From contig CAWEEQ010000003.1 of the NCBI GenBank assembly GCA_963808235.1, forward strand, positions 32,001-96,000: a stretch of 64,000 nt of DNA, read 5' to 3'. Source of the stretch: an uncultured delta proteobacterium. Its GTDB lineage: Bacteria; Desulfobacterota; Binatia; Binatales; Binataceae. How positions within the stretch are numbered: position 1 is the stretch's first letter; every line of letters begins with the position of its first letter. This document shows, piece after piece, positions 13,007 through 22,224 of the stretch. The notes beneath the pieces are model-generated. The model had not been told where the DNA came from and did not search any database. It saw only the letters and a program-made list of their open reading frames with translations. Position numbers and translations under genes: made by a program.

Positions 13007-13300
13007 CTACTTTTCCTTGAGGCGCGGATCGTCGGAGGCAAGGCAGATTCCAGTATCTAATGCCTTGCGATATGCGGCCTGCACGTGGATTTCTTTGATC
13101 TCGTCGTCAATAGCTATGGCCGCTCTAGTCCGGAGATCCTTGCAGCTATAAACATCGTCCACTGATTGACTACGATGCCACTTCCACATCGGCGCCTTTG
13201 ATTTGACTCTACACTGCCCGTGATTACACAGGACTGGAGGTGTAATCAGATACCAGCCTACAAGCGCGAGCGCGGCGGCGTGGCGGGGGTTCATCGACAT
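13007..13300 (-). CDS. Small secreted protein, RHAAALALVGWYL family
   Basis: MNPRHAAALALVGWYL..PP start and CLASDDPRLK end. Confidence 0.8.
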   Translation of the reverse strand: MSMNPRHAAALALVGWYLITPPVLCNHGQCRVKSKAPMWKWHRSQSVDDVYSCKDLRTRAAIAIDDEIKEIHVQAAYRKALDTGICLASDDPRLKEK

Positions 13301-13429
13301 TCAGTTAGCAGACCGCCCGCACTGGAAACAAATGGGCCGGACCTGGGTCTCTCGACGCGGAGAAAATCGGTTCGCGGAGATCGCTTCGGCAAAGCTCATG
13401 GCGGGCTCTTCGGCTTCGCTCAGGTTGAC

Positions 13430-13545
13430 GAGGAAGAAGTTAAGTCCGCGGGAGGCGAGGATGCGCGGCGCCATCAGACAATCGCGACTCACAGATGTCC
13501 CTCACCCCAGCCCTCTCCCCACAAACGGGGCGAGGAAATCAGGAC
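13430..13545. repeat. Right arm of ~110-bp imperfect inverted repeat
   Basis: Aligns to the reverse complement of 12505-12616. Confidence 0.8.
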
Positions 13546-13646
13546 GAGGACGTAAAGAAAATCGCTTCGCCCTTCGAGAATACTCAGGGCGGGCTCCGGT
13601 CCTTTTAACGCTCAGGATAACAGAGGGGACGACGGAATTAATCCGT

Positions 13647-13856
13647 TCATTTCCGGATGAAGCCGAAATAGAAACAGACAACGAAAAGGATCGCGTGGAT
13701 GATGGAACGGATGCCGTTCACTTCCGGCTGCACTATGAAGTGGGTGCCGATCAGTGGAACCGGAGTATGCGTGATGTAGAGATAGAAGAGTATTCCTGCG
13801 TTTACGAAGAACGCGCCTGACAGAAATTTGCAGACCTCTTTCCAATTGATGGTCAT
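13647..13856 (-). CDS. Small two-TM membrane protein
   Basis: 69 aa with two hydrophobic segments and a basic C-terminus. Confidence 0.65.
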   Translation of the reverse strand: MTINWKEVCKFLSGAFFVNAGILFYLYITHTPVPLIGTHFIVQPEVNGIRSIIHAILFVVCFYFGFIRK

Positions 13857-13935
13857 AGTGCGACTGGTCTGAGTGACTTAGTCTAGCAGGTCGATTGAGG
13901 ACGTGCGGCAGACTCGCCGCGGGGTGCGTCGATGG

Positions 13936-14294
13936 CGTGGTGAGATGGGCGTCGAGAAAGATCCGGGGTTCCTTCGGCAAAGCTCAGGACAGGCTCTCGG
14001 CTGCGCTCGGAGTGACACAGGGAATGTGGCGCGTGCGTGCTTTGCAAACGATGCGTGCAAACCTAACCCCTAACCCCTTCCCCTAGCGGAAGGGGGACCG
14101 GAGTGGCGGGATTGGTTTCGACAGATCGGGAGTTGGCGTGTCGAGGTGATCCTGGATGACGTGGTGAGATAGGCATCGAGACAGATCCGGGGTTCTTCGC
14201 TGCGCTCAGAAAGACACAAGGAAAGCGCGTGCGTGCTTTGCAAACGATGCGTGCAAACCTAACCCCTAACCCCTTCCCATGTGGGAAGGGGAAC
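13936..14294. repeat. Tandem direct repeat of a composite REP-like unit (2 copies)
   Basis: Copies at 13936-14099 and 14160-14294 share an identical 54-bp core (14029-14082 and 14225-14278); each ends in a ccccttcc...ggaagggg hairpin. Confidence 0.9.
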
Positions 14295-14337
14295 AATCGA
14301 GTTTATTTTTACTTTTTACTTTTTACTGGTGAAACGT

Positions 14338-15804
14338 TTAGAGGGCGCCGGTGGCGTCGGTGGTGGCTTCGGTGCGATGGAGCATCGTGGGGCTGTGGTG
14401 CGAGTGGGCTTTCACGGGGGTGTGGTTGAGCGAGACGTGGTACATGTCGGCGAACTTTGAGATGGCGGGCTTGCGAACGTCGGCGGCGACGAAGTTACTG
14501 CCCAGGTCGGGGAGCTCGGAGAGGGCGGCCTGGTATTGGTCTTTGATGTCGTCGAACAGCGCGCGCATCCGGGGCGAGACCGGGTGATTCTCACCGAGCT
14601 TCTGGGTCAGCGGATTGACCCAGGTCCCCGATTTTTCCATCGCGAAGTGGAGATGCGGCCCGGTCGAGAGACCGGTCGAACCGACGTTTCCGATGACTTG
14701 CCCGATTCTGACATAGCTGCCCGGTTTCACGCCCGGACTGATTTTCGACAAGTGACCGTAGATACTGACCATCCCATTTTGATGCTCGAGCCTGATGCAA
14801 TTGCCCAGCTCCCCCTGCCATCCCGCGCTCTGAACCTTGCCGTCCGCGACCGCTTTGACCGGCTCGCCGTACTGGGCGACCAGATCGACGCCGACGTGGG
14901 GGCGGTATTCATGAAGAATCGGATGATAGCGATGGAAGGTGAAGCCGGAGGAAATGTATTTGAAATTCAGCGGAAAGCGAAGGAACTGCGGGCCGAGCGC
15001 GTGTCCGGCTTCGTCGTACAGATGCGGGCGGCCCTGCTCATCGAGGAACGAGATCGCGGTCAGAGTGCGGCTCCCGAAGCGGATCTGGGCGGCCTGGACA
15101 TCGCCGACCAGGGTGTAGGTACCGTCGCGGCTGACTTTTTCCTGGTAGATCAGTTTGACCGCGGAGCCGGGTGCGAGGCGGTTCAAATCGTGGCGGTCCG
15201 AGAACGCATTCTGGAGCGAATCGACGATAGGCTTGGGTATGTTGTTCTCGGCGGCAGCGCTGGCGAAGTTGCCCTTGACCGCGAACGTCAACTTGATCGG
15301 GCGGATGAAATACTCGATAGGCCGGAGCGACGCCTTGAGCACCCCGGCGCCCAGGCTCGCCTCGACGACGGTGGTGTTCGCGTCCAGGTCGTACCTGAGG
15401 CCACGCATGTCGCCGGTCTCGGGGTCCTTATAGATGGTCAGCGGATGGCCGCTGTGAAAATATCGGTTGGCAGTGATGCGCTCGATGTAGGAGGCCCATT
15501 GGCGGGCATCCTCGGGTTCCATCCCGGCGTCGCGGAGGTAGCTCTGGATAGACGCGGTTCGGTCGAGCGTGGTGCTTATAGTGATGGAGGGAGGCGCAGG
15601 CTCGGCGGATTCGGGCTGCTCGACCAGGTCCGAGCCGTCTTTACCGGCGTCCATTTGAGAACTCAAACTGTCGAGTGGCGAGGAAAAAGACTGAGAATTT
15701 ACGTGGAAAAAAAGAAAAAGGGCAACGATGGTCGCAACCAGAGCCACGGCCATTGCGGTGAACGCACGAGGAGCGCCCACGATGTATCTCCCCCGAGACA
15801 GCAT
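14338..15804 (-). CDS. M23 family peptidoglycan DD-endopeptidase (MepM-like)
   Basis: HVGVD, YGHL and STGPHLHF motifs; N-terminal TM helix; start codon uncertain. Confidence 0.92.
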   Translation of the reverse strand: MLSRGRYIVGAPRAFTAMAVALVATIVALFLFFHVNSQSFSSPLDSLSSQMDAGKDGSDLVEQPESAEPAPPSITISTTLDRTASIQSYLRDAGMEPEDARQWASYIERITANRYFHSGHPLTIYKDPETGDMRGLRYDLDANTTVVEASLGAGVLKASLRPIEYFIRPIKLTFAVKGNFASAAAENNIPKPIVDSLQNAFSDRHDLNRLAPGSAVKLIYQEKVSRDGTYTLVGDVQAAQIRFGSRTLTAISFLDEQGRPHLYDEAGHALGPQFLRFPLNFKYISSGFTFHRYHPILHEYRPHVGVDLVAQYGEPVKAVADGKVQSAGWQGELGNCIRLEHQNGMVSIYGHLSKISPGVKPGSYVRIGQVIGNVGSTGLSTGPHLHFAMEKSGTWVNPLTQKLGENHPVSPRMRALFDDIKDQYQAALSELPDLGSNFVAADVRKPAISKFADMYHVSLNHTPVKAHSHHSPTMLHRTEATTDATGAL

Positions 15805-15989
15805 CGACGACGAAATTAGGGCATTCAGGCATCGGACGCAACCCTGAAATGTCATTTCTTTACACAGCCGGTTATGGGAATGACACATCCTCACCGTTAA
15901 TGGTCTCCTCGATAACACATGTCCTTTTTTGGCGTTCGCTATGACCCGCTCGAATCGGAAAATCGTGAAGAAATTAGACGGACTACTGA

Positions 15990-16403
15990 ATGGCAGCCGC
16001 GGCGCTTGATCTCGGCCGGCGCCGAATCGGAATTGCGGTCAGCGACGGCGCTTCGATGGGAGCGTATCCGGTCGGGGTCGTGGAGCGGCGTTCGCTCGAG
16101 CACGACCTCGAACAGATTGCGGCGATGCTCCGCGATCGCGAGGTGACGACGATCGTGGTCGGGTTGCCGCTCAACATGGACGGCAGCGAGGGACCGGCGG
16201 CGCGCGCGGCGCGGGCATTCGCAGACAAGGTGGCATCAGTGCTCGGCGTGAAGGTTGAGATGTTCGACGAGCGGCTGACAAGTTTTGAGGCCGAGGAACG
16301 GCTCAAGGGAATGCCGATCAGGAAAGGGTCGAGGAAGCCGGCGATCGATGTGATTGCGGCGACGGTGATCCTCGAGGGATGGATGCAGGCGCATCCCAGA
16401 TAG
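15990..16403 (+). CDS. ruvX: YqgF/RuvX pre-16S rRNA nuclease
   Basis: LDLGRRRIGIAVSD, VVGLPLNMDG and DERLTS motifs. Confidence 0.95.
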   Translation: MAAAALDLGRRRIGIAVSDGASMGAYPVGVVERRSLEHDLEQIAAMLRDREVTTIVVGLPLNMDGSEGPAARAARAFADKVASVLGVKVEMFDERLTSFEAEERLKGMPIRKGSRKPAIDVIAATVILEGWMQAHPR

Positions 16404-16440
16404 ATTTCGCGCGGCATCAGAGATTCACCCGGAGATTCGA

Positions 16441-16472
16441 CAACGCCGACCCCCAATTGGGAGCCGGCGTTG
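16441..16472. terminator. Hairpin between convergent genes, possible terminator
   Basis: caacgccg...cggcgttg stem; no clear U-tract. Confidence 0.35.
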
Positions 16473-16501
16473 CCGGTGACGGTCAGTTATGCCGATGCCT
16501 G

Positions 16502-19500
16502 CTACGGCAGATTAGCCGAGGCCGGGCCGTTGGTCGGTATGACGCCGGAGGCAGGAGCGGGCCCGACGGTCCATGTAGCGGCGCCCGGATCGAACAACTC
16601 CGAGTAGTCAGTTGGCGCAGTCGAACTGCACGCCGACGAATTGGATGCGCCAATCACCCACGAGGTCAGGTGTCCATTGGCGCACTCGCCGCCCATCACG
16701 ATGAAGTCGCCGCTGTTGGACCCCACGCCGATGAAGCCCGCGCCCATCCCACCGCGCGACTGGTTCATCGCGGTAGTAGCGCTGAACGTGCCCTCCGCTC
16801 CGGTGCCCGGATCGTAGAGGTCGACGGAAGTGGTCGTGGTCTGCTTCAGGAGAGGCAGCGTCGAGCAGGTGGATGGCATCGTACCCGCTTCGACATCGAT
16901 ACCGCCAAATGCCATCGCTTTGCCCGACAGGTTCCCCGTGGTCCACAGCACGGTGCCGTGACCGGCGCGCTTGGTCGCCATGTTGTTGGTGGTCGCGCTC
17001 CAGGTGCCGGTACTCGGATTGTATACTTCCGCAGTATTCTGGGTCGTGCCGACTACATCGCCAGCGGTAGTGCATACGGCGGAATTCGCATTGATGCCGC
17101 CGGTGGCAAGCACTTGTCCCGCGAGAGGCCCGCTCACTACCGCAGGATCGAGAGCCGTCAAGAAGAACAACTCTCGCTTACTGCCCATGCTGCCGGTCGC
17201 GGTAAAGGTGGCAGTAGTCGGGTCGAAGATGAACGCCTGTGCCGACGCCGCATACAGGAATTGGATGTTGTCGCCTCCGGCTACCAGCAATTTGCCGCCA
17301 TCGTTGGGGATCAGCGCGGCTTGATGATCAACAAGGCCGCACTCGAACGTATCGGCCGCCGCAGTCCCACCTGATCCGGCGCCCAATCCCGACGCTGCAG
17401 TGTAGGTAAACGTGTTGCCGCTAATGCCGGTTACGACGAAGGTACCGTTGTATCCCGCGACGCTGACGCCGGCGACTGTGACCTTGTCGCCAGAGATCAG
17501 TCCGGGCGTAGGCGACGAGGTGGTGATCGTCACCGTTGTGCTGCTTTCAGACGCGGTCGTAATCGGAGTGGTCATCCCCGCGGTGCAAGTCGAAGGAAGA
17601 CCGGTCGTGCAGGTCGTTCCCGCCGGGCATCCCGGAATCGAATTGGTGGCGGTGAAGCTGTCGGCCACCGGGTCATAAATCTCCGCTGAGTTGAGCGCGG
17701 TCTGCCCCGGGGGCGACCCCGCGGGCGGAGTGGTCGCGGTGGAGATGAACGACGAACCCGAAGCTCCGCCCACGATCAGCACCTTGCCGTCCAGTGCGGT
17801 TCCCGATCCAGTGATCAAGTTCGCAGTGGGGAAGCTGCGCGTGGTGGTCATCAAGCCGCCGCTACCCGAGCCAGCCAGCGTAAACGACTTGGTGCTCTCG
17901 TTGTACAACTCTGCGGTTTGCATCGCATCACACTGGAAACCGGCGGTGTTGCCGTAGGTCTTCGCCGCGCAGTGCTCGCCGCCTACGACCAGAACCAAAC
18001 CGTTGGGCAGTACCACCGAGACCGCAGATTCGCGATCCTGTTTGAGCTGTCCAGTGGTCGCCGCCATCGCGTTGAGGGTGCCGTCGTAATACTGCGCACC
18101 GTTGGTCGAATTGCCGAAGCTGGCCAATGCGATCAATCCACCCAGGCTCCCGCCGCCGTCGCCACCGGCGATTAGAACGTCACCCGCTTGCGGTCCGGGC
18201 GTGGCCGTTGCCGTGGGCGTCCCGCCGGTCGAGGTCGAGGTCGCAGTCGCGGTTGTCGTGGTAGTGGCAGTTGCAGTTGGCGTCGCGACTGTAGTCGACG
18301 TTCCAGTTGCCGTGGCGGTGGCAGTCAGCGTGGCGGTCGTCGTCGCGGTTGCGGTCGCGCTCGATGAGGCCGTCGCAGTTGATGTGGCGGTCGCAGTCGC
18401 TGTGGCCGTCGCAGTGCGCGTCGCGGTTGCGGTCGCCGTGCGCGTCGCGGTCGTCGTCGCGGTTGCGGTCGCGGTCGGAGTTGGCGTGCCGCCGGTGGTC
18501 GAGGTCGCAGTCGGCGTGCCGGTCGGTCCGGCGGTGCCGAATGCTTCGCCCTTCAGGGCCAAGCTTTGGGATCCGGTCTTGCCGTTGTCGACGATCGTCA
18601 GCTTGCCGTATTCGGCCGTTCCCGAGGTGTTGCTGTCGGTCGTGGGGTTGAACGTCACCGATACCTGGCAGGTTCCTTCCTCAGGGATTGACGAGCCGCA
18701 CGAGTTCGAGACCAGTTCAAAGGGGCCCGTCACGGTAATCGACGTGACATTCATCGCCAGTACGTTTGGATTCGATATGGTGTCGGTCTTAGGCGCCGAG
18801 GAGGTTCCTACCCGCACTTTGCCGAAGCCCAGCGAGGTCGGCGAAAACGTCGGGTTCCTGAGAATTCCGGTGCCGGTGAGCGCGACCGATTGAGGGCTGT
18901 TCGCGGCATCGTCGCTTATACTCAAGTTTCCGTTGATGGTGCCGGTCTCGGTGGGACTGAAGGTCGCGCTGATTGTGCAGGTAGCACTCGGCGCCAGATC
19001 CTTGCCGCTGCATGCATCGGCCGTGATCGCAAACTCTCCGGACACGGCCACGCTATCGATATGGAGAGCCACCGTATTTGGATTCTTCAGGGTCGTACTC
19101 TTGGCGGCGCTGGTATTACCAACGATCACTTGCCCGTAGGTCAAAGTCAGCGGCGAGATAGTCAGTTTGCCCGCGACTCCGACGCCGCTCAAAGCAGATG
19201 AGCCGGCATCGGGGTTTTGGTCGTCGCTCACCGACAGCGACGCAGTGCGAGTGCCGAGCGCGCCGGGAGTGAATTTCAGCGTCACGGTGCAACTGCCCCC
19301 CGAGGCCACGTTTGCAGAGCATGGGTTGTTGGTGATCTTGAAGTCGCCAGCATCGGCGCCCGTGGTTTGAATGCGCAATCCTGTAACCGGCTGATGGGTA
19401 GAGGGATTGGTTATCTTGACGGTCTTGGCGGTGCTGGACGCAGACGTAACTCCGATGACCACATTGCCGAACGAGACGCTGGCCGGCGTTACCGTCAGAC

Positions 19501-20605
19501 TGACAGTTGGCGTCGCCGTTGGCGTGCTGGTCGCAGTCGCCGTCGACGTGGCCGTGGAGGTTGCGGTGGCAGTTGACGTTGCGAACGTGGTTGCCGTTGC
19601 CGTCGCAGTTGCGGTCGGAGTCGCCGTGGCGGATGCGGTTGCAGTTGCGGTCGCCGTGTCAGTCGCGGTCGCCGTTGAGGTGCTGGTCGCGGTCGCAGTT
19701 GGCGTTGGAATTATCTGCAAGAAAGCAGCATTTTCGATCTCGGCGCTCTCGTCGATCAGGATCGAGTTCTTGCCCGAGGGCGAGGGTAGCCCGACCTTCA
19801 GATCGAGGGCCGCGTCGAGCGTCCCAAGAGGCCCGCATCCGCTTGCACCGGGGACAGCGAAGGTGTCGTCGGCCACCTCGACCTCGGTGACGACCAATGC
19901 GTTCCCGACGCTGTTGGCCTGCGGTGTGCTGCTCGGAGTCTCCAGCAGATTCAAGACGATCGGAGTAGCGTCGGTGCCGATGAAGCAGCTCGAACCAAGC
20001 ACCGGGTTGTTGAGCTGGATCTTGACCGGTACCGTTAGCACACTCGATACACTCGGGGTTCCCGTGCAGGAATCGAGAGAGCCCGTCGCGCAGAAGTACG
20101 CAGTGGTGGCAGTCGGATCGACGACCGTTGCCGCCGTCACCGGGCCGGCCAGATCGATCGAGGCGGTGACGTCGTTGATGGCGTTGACTACGCCAGTGAG
20201 CCCGAGCAATCCGCCCGGCACATCCTGTGGCGGACCGCCGAAGAGCGCGCCGTTGGTAGGCGTAACTATTACTTCAGGCCCGAAAAATCCGAGGGCGGAG
20301 GGGCTGTAGGCGCCGAAGTCTGCGGTGTCAGGATTGTTGCTAATCATCGCGGTCGAGCTGCCGATCGTGAGCTCGCCGCCGGTCGTCTCGCTGTGTGCGC
20401 ATAACAAAGCTGCGCCACCGGGCGGCGTGAAGCTTGTCGGGCAAAGGCTGAATTCCGAAGCAGCCCCGGTCACATCGGCCCAGGCGGCCGAGGACGAGGC
20501 GAACGACACCGACGCCGTCACGAGCGCCACAAGCGCGGCCACTCGCATCGCTCTCCAAACGAACTGCATCAAAGAACCCAGCCCTACTCTTTCAAGCGTA
20601 CGCAT
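16502..20605 (-). CDS. Large secreted surface protein: N-terminal Cys-containing domain, Thr/Ala linkers, three choice-of-anchor-D/ASH Ig-like domains, kelch-type propeller
   Basis: Signal peptide, TATATA tracts, three P.SL.FG...C...C Ig repeats and GG...AE(L/I)Y(D/N)P kelch repeats. Confidence 0.85.
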   Translation of the reverse strand: MRTLERVGLGSLMQFVWRAMRVAALVALVTASVSFASSSAAWADVTGAASEFSLCPTSFTPPGGAALLCAHSETTGGELTIGSSTAMISNNPDTADFGAYSPSALGFFGPEVIVTPTNGALFGGPPQDVPGGLLGLTGVVNAINDVTASIDLAGPVTAATVVDPTATTAYFCATGSLDSCTGTPSVSSVLTVPVKIQLNNPVLGSSCFIGTDATPIVLNLLETPSSTPQANSVGNALVVTEVEVADDTFAVPGASGCGPLGTLDAALDLKVGLPSPSGKNSILIDESAEIENAAFLQIIPTPTATATSTSTATATDTATATATASATATPTATATATATTFATSTATATSTATSTATATSTPTATPTVSLTVTPASVSFGNVVIGVTSASSTAKTVKITNPSTHQPVTGLRIQTTGADAGDFKITNNPCSANVASGGSCTVTLKFTPGALGTRTASLSVSDDQNPDAGSSALSGVGVAGKLTISPLTLTYGQVIVGNTSAAKSTTLKNPNTVALHIDSVAVSGEFAITADACSGKDLAPSATCTISATFSPTETGTINGNLSISDDAANSPQSVALTGTGILRNPTFSPTSLGFGKVRVGTSSAPKTDTISNPNVLAMNVTSITVTGPFELVSNSCGSSIPEEGTCQVSVTFNPTTDSNTSGTAEYGKLTIVDNGKTGSQSLALKGEAFGTAGPTGTPTATSTTGGTPTPTATATATTTATRTATATATRTATATATATATSTATASSSATATATTTATLTATATATGTSTTVATPTATATTTTTATATSTSTGGTPTATATPGPQAGDVLIAGGDGGGSLGGLIALASFGNSTNGAQYYDGTLNAMAATTGQLKQDRESAVSVVLPNGLVLVVGGEHCAAKTYGNTAGFQCDAMQTAELYNESTKSFTLAGSGSGGLMTTTRSFPTANLITGSGTALDGKVLIVGGASGSSFISTATTPPAGSPPGQTALNSAEIYDPVADSFTATNSIPGCPAGTTCTTGLPSTCTAGMTTPITTASESSTTVTITTSSPTPGLISGDKVTVAGVSVAGYNGTFVVTGISGNTFTYTAASGLGAGSGGTAAADTFECGLVDHQAALIPNDGGKLLVAGGDNIQFLYAASAQAFIFDPTTATFTATGSMGSKRELFFLTALDPAVVSGPLAGQVLATGGINANSAVCTTAGDVVGTTQNTAEVYNPSTGTWSATTNNMATKRAGHGTVLWTTGNLSGKAMAFGGIDVEAGTMPSTCSTLPLLKQTTTTSVDLYDPGTGAEGTFSATTAMNQSRGGMGAGFIGVGSNSGDFIVMGGECANGHLTSWVIGASNSSACSSTAPTDYSELFDPGAATWTVGPAPASGVIPTNGPASANLP

Positions 20606-20973
20606 GACTCAAACCCCCTGCTGTTGAGGTCTCCACGCTGGTCGCACTGGTGACGGCAAGTCCTTGTGCGACGGCGGGCGCCGCAGCAACTACAATCGTG
20701 AGGGACGGAATCACGATTGCCCGCGCGAGAAACTCTGGTGTGAATTGTCTAAGCGATAGTGTCTGGCGGTCACGAAACTCAGGCATCAGGTCCCCTCCGA
20801 AGTTGCGCCAAGTTCCTGAAGGGTATTTATTTTTTTTCGGGAATGTAGTCAAATCCAAATTAAAACAATGTTATGTATCGAGCCGATGAGAATATTTGGC
20901 TACTGAAGAGCACCCTGATTAGTCGAAGTGGTTCAGGATCATTTATGGGTTCGGAAGCGCGGACGCCGCATCT

Positions 20974-22101
20974 CTAGGGACAGTTGAGAGCGGCTCGGTA
21001 GCCGGCGCGTTCCGCGGCATCGCGAGTTGGAAATACGACTCGATTTTCGGGCGACATCCGGTCGTAGGATCTGCATCCCGGCCATGCGTAAATCTTGCTG
21101 CGCCGATTACCAATGATGGCGCCGGGCGCGGCTGATAAGTTGGACGCGGAAGTCATCACGCTCGCCGCCTCGTTTCCCGAATCGCCGGAACTAATTGGCT
21201 GCGGCCACATGTTGTTCAACAGGCTTGCCAACCTGAATCCTGCTTTGGCGAGCTGATGGCCGGCGACTTCGTCAGCACGATCGAGGTAGGCTGAGCTCAA
21301 CTCGAAGGTTCCGCGCGGAGAGTTGGCGCAGGTATCGACCGTAGGCTCGCACGGCTCGACCGGGATTTGCAGAGGCGTATAGATGTCGGCCCGGGCGAGT
21401 TGGACCGATTCCCACGCGATGTCGTCGGCAACGATCCACGAATCGGACTCCTTCTCGGATGCATATATTTTTTCTAACTTGCGCGCGGTCGTATCAAACC
21501 GGCCGGAATCGATGTTGCGTTCAAGGCGGCGCACGACGGTGGTGTCCCAGACGGCGTGAAGATCCGTTGCTTGCGAATGCGAATCGACCTTCACGCAATT
21601 GCCTCCCTTGTCGGCGTCATTCGCGGCATGGAGCGGTTGATGGATATCGCCGACAAAGTGGATGAGGAACGCGAGATCGCCGTCCGCACCGAAGCGGTCG
21701 AATTTCGCGTCTTTCAGGCGTTTTGAGTATTCGTCGATTTTACCGGTGACGCAGTTGCCGCGGAGGCATCGCGCCGCAACGTCAGTTCGCCGGTCCTGCA
21801 GGCAGATGTTTATGAAATGCCACGGCGCCGTCGAAGGGTCTTTGTCACGGAATTCGAAGTCCGGACGGTTCGAAGCCGTTTCCATCGCGGATGCAATTGC
21901 ACGTTGATCCGAGGACACGCCGAGGATGTTCGCGACGTGGCTTCGCGCCGCCGGGGTGAGATTGTCCGCCGCGATGAGCGCGACGATTTTGTGCCCGTCG
22001 GTTCCCCAGCACCACGCGGATTGAGGAGAGAGCAGAACAGCGAGCGCTGTGCTCGTGATGAGGATCACCGACGTCGCAATAAGTCTGTGTTGAGATTTCA
22101 A
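20974..22101 (-). CDS. Secreted S1/P1 nuclease with C-terminal Ada metal-binding-like domain
   Basis: Signal peptide then WGTDGH, WHF, HFVGDIHQPLH and LHAVWD; tail GNRRSKIYAWPGC...AERAGYRA. Confidence 0.92.
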   Translation of the reverse strand: MKSQHRLIATSVILITSTALAVLLSPQSAWCWGTDGHKIVALIAADNLTPAARSHVANILGVSSDQRAIASAMETASNRPDFEFRDKDPSTAPWHFINICLQDRRTDVAARCLRGNCVTGKIDEYSKRLKDAKFDRFGADGDLAFLIHFVGDIHQPLHAANDADKGGNCVKVDSHSQATDLHAVWDTTVVRRLERNIDSGRFDTTARKLEKIYASEKESDSWIVADDIAWESVQLARADIYTPLQIPVEPCEPTVDTCANSPRGTFELSSAYLDRADEVAGHQLAKAGFRLASLLNNMWPQPISSGDSGNEAASVMTSASNLSAAPGAIIGNRRSKIYAWPGCRSYDRMSPENRVVFPTRDAAERAGYRAALNCP

Positions 22102-22127
22102 GCACCTTCCCCCAAAACCGCGGATCG

Positions 22128-22161
22128 CTGTTCAACTGTTCAACTGGTCAACTGGTCAACT
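22128..22161. repeat. Four tandem 8-mers ctg(t/g)tcaa in a divergent promoter region
   Basis: ctgttcaa ctgttcaa ctggtcaa ctggtcaa ct. Confidence 0.8.
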
Positions 22162-22224
22162 CGAACGACATAATAGATAAAATAGAATCGTGCTCAGTCG
22201 ATAGAGATCGACCGATCCAACGCG

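Noticed and set aside
13936-14294. Possible CRISPR array
   Set aside because: Only two long composite copies, no regular repeat-spacer period and no cas genes
18102-20309. Val/Ala-rich plus-strand ORFs (also 36005-36346)
   Set aside because: Antisense shadows of Thr/Ala linker codons
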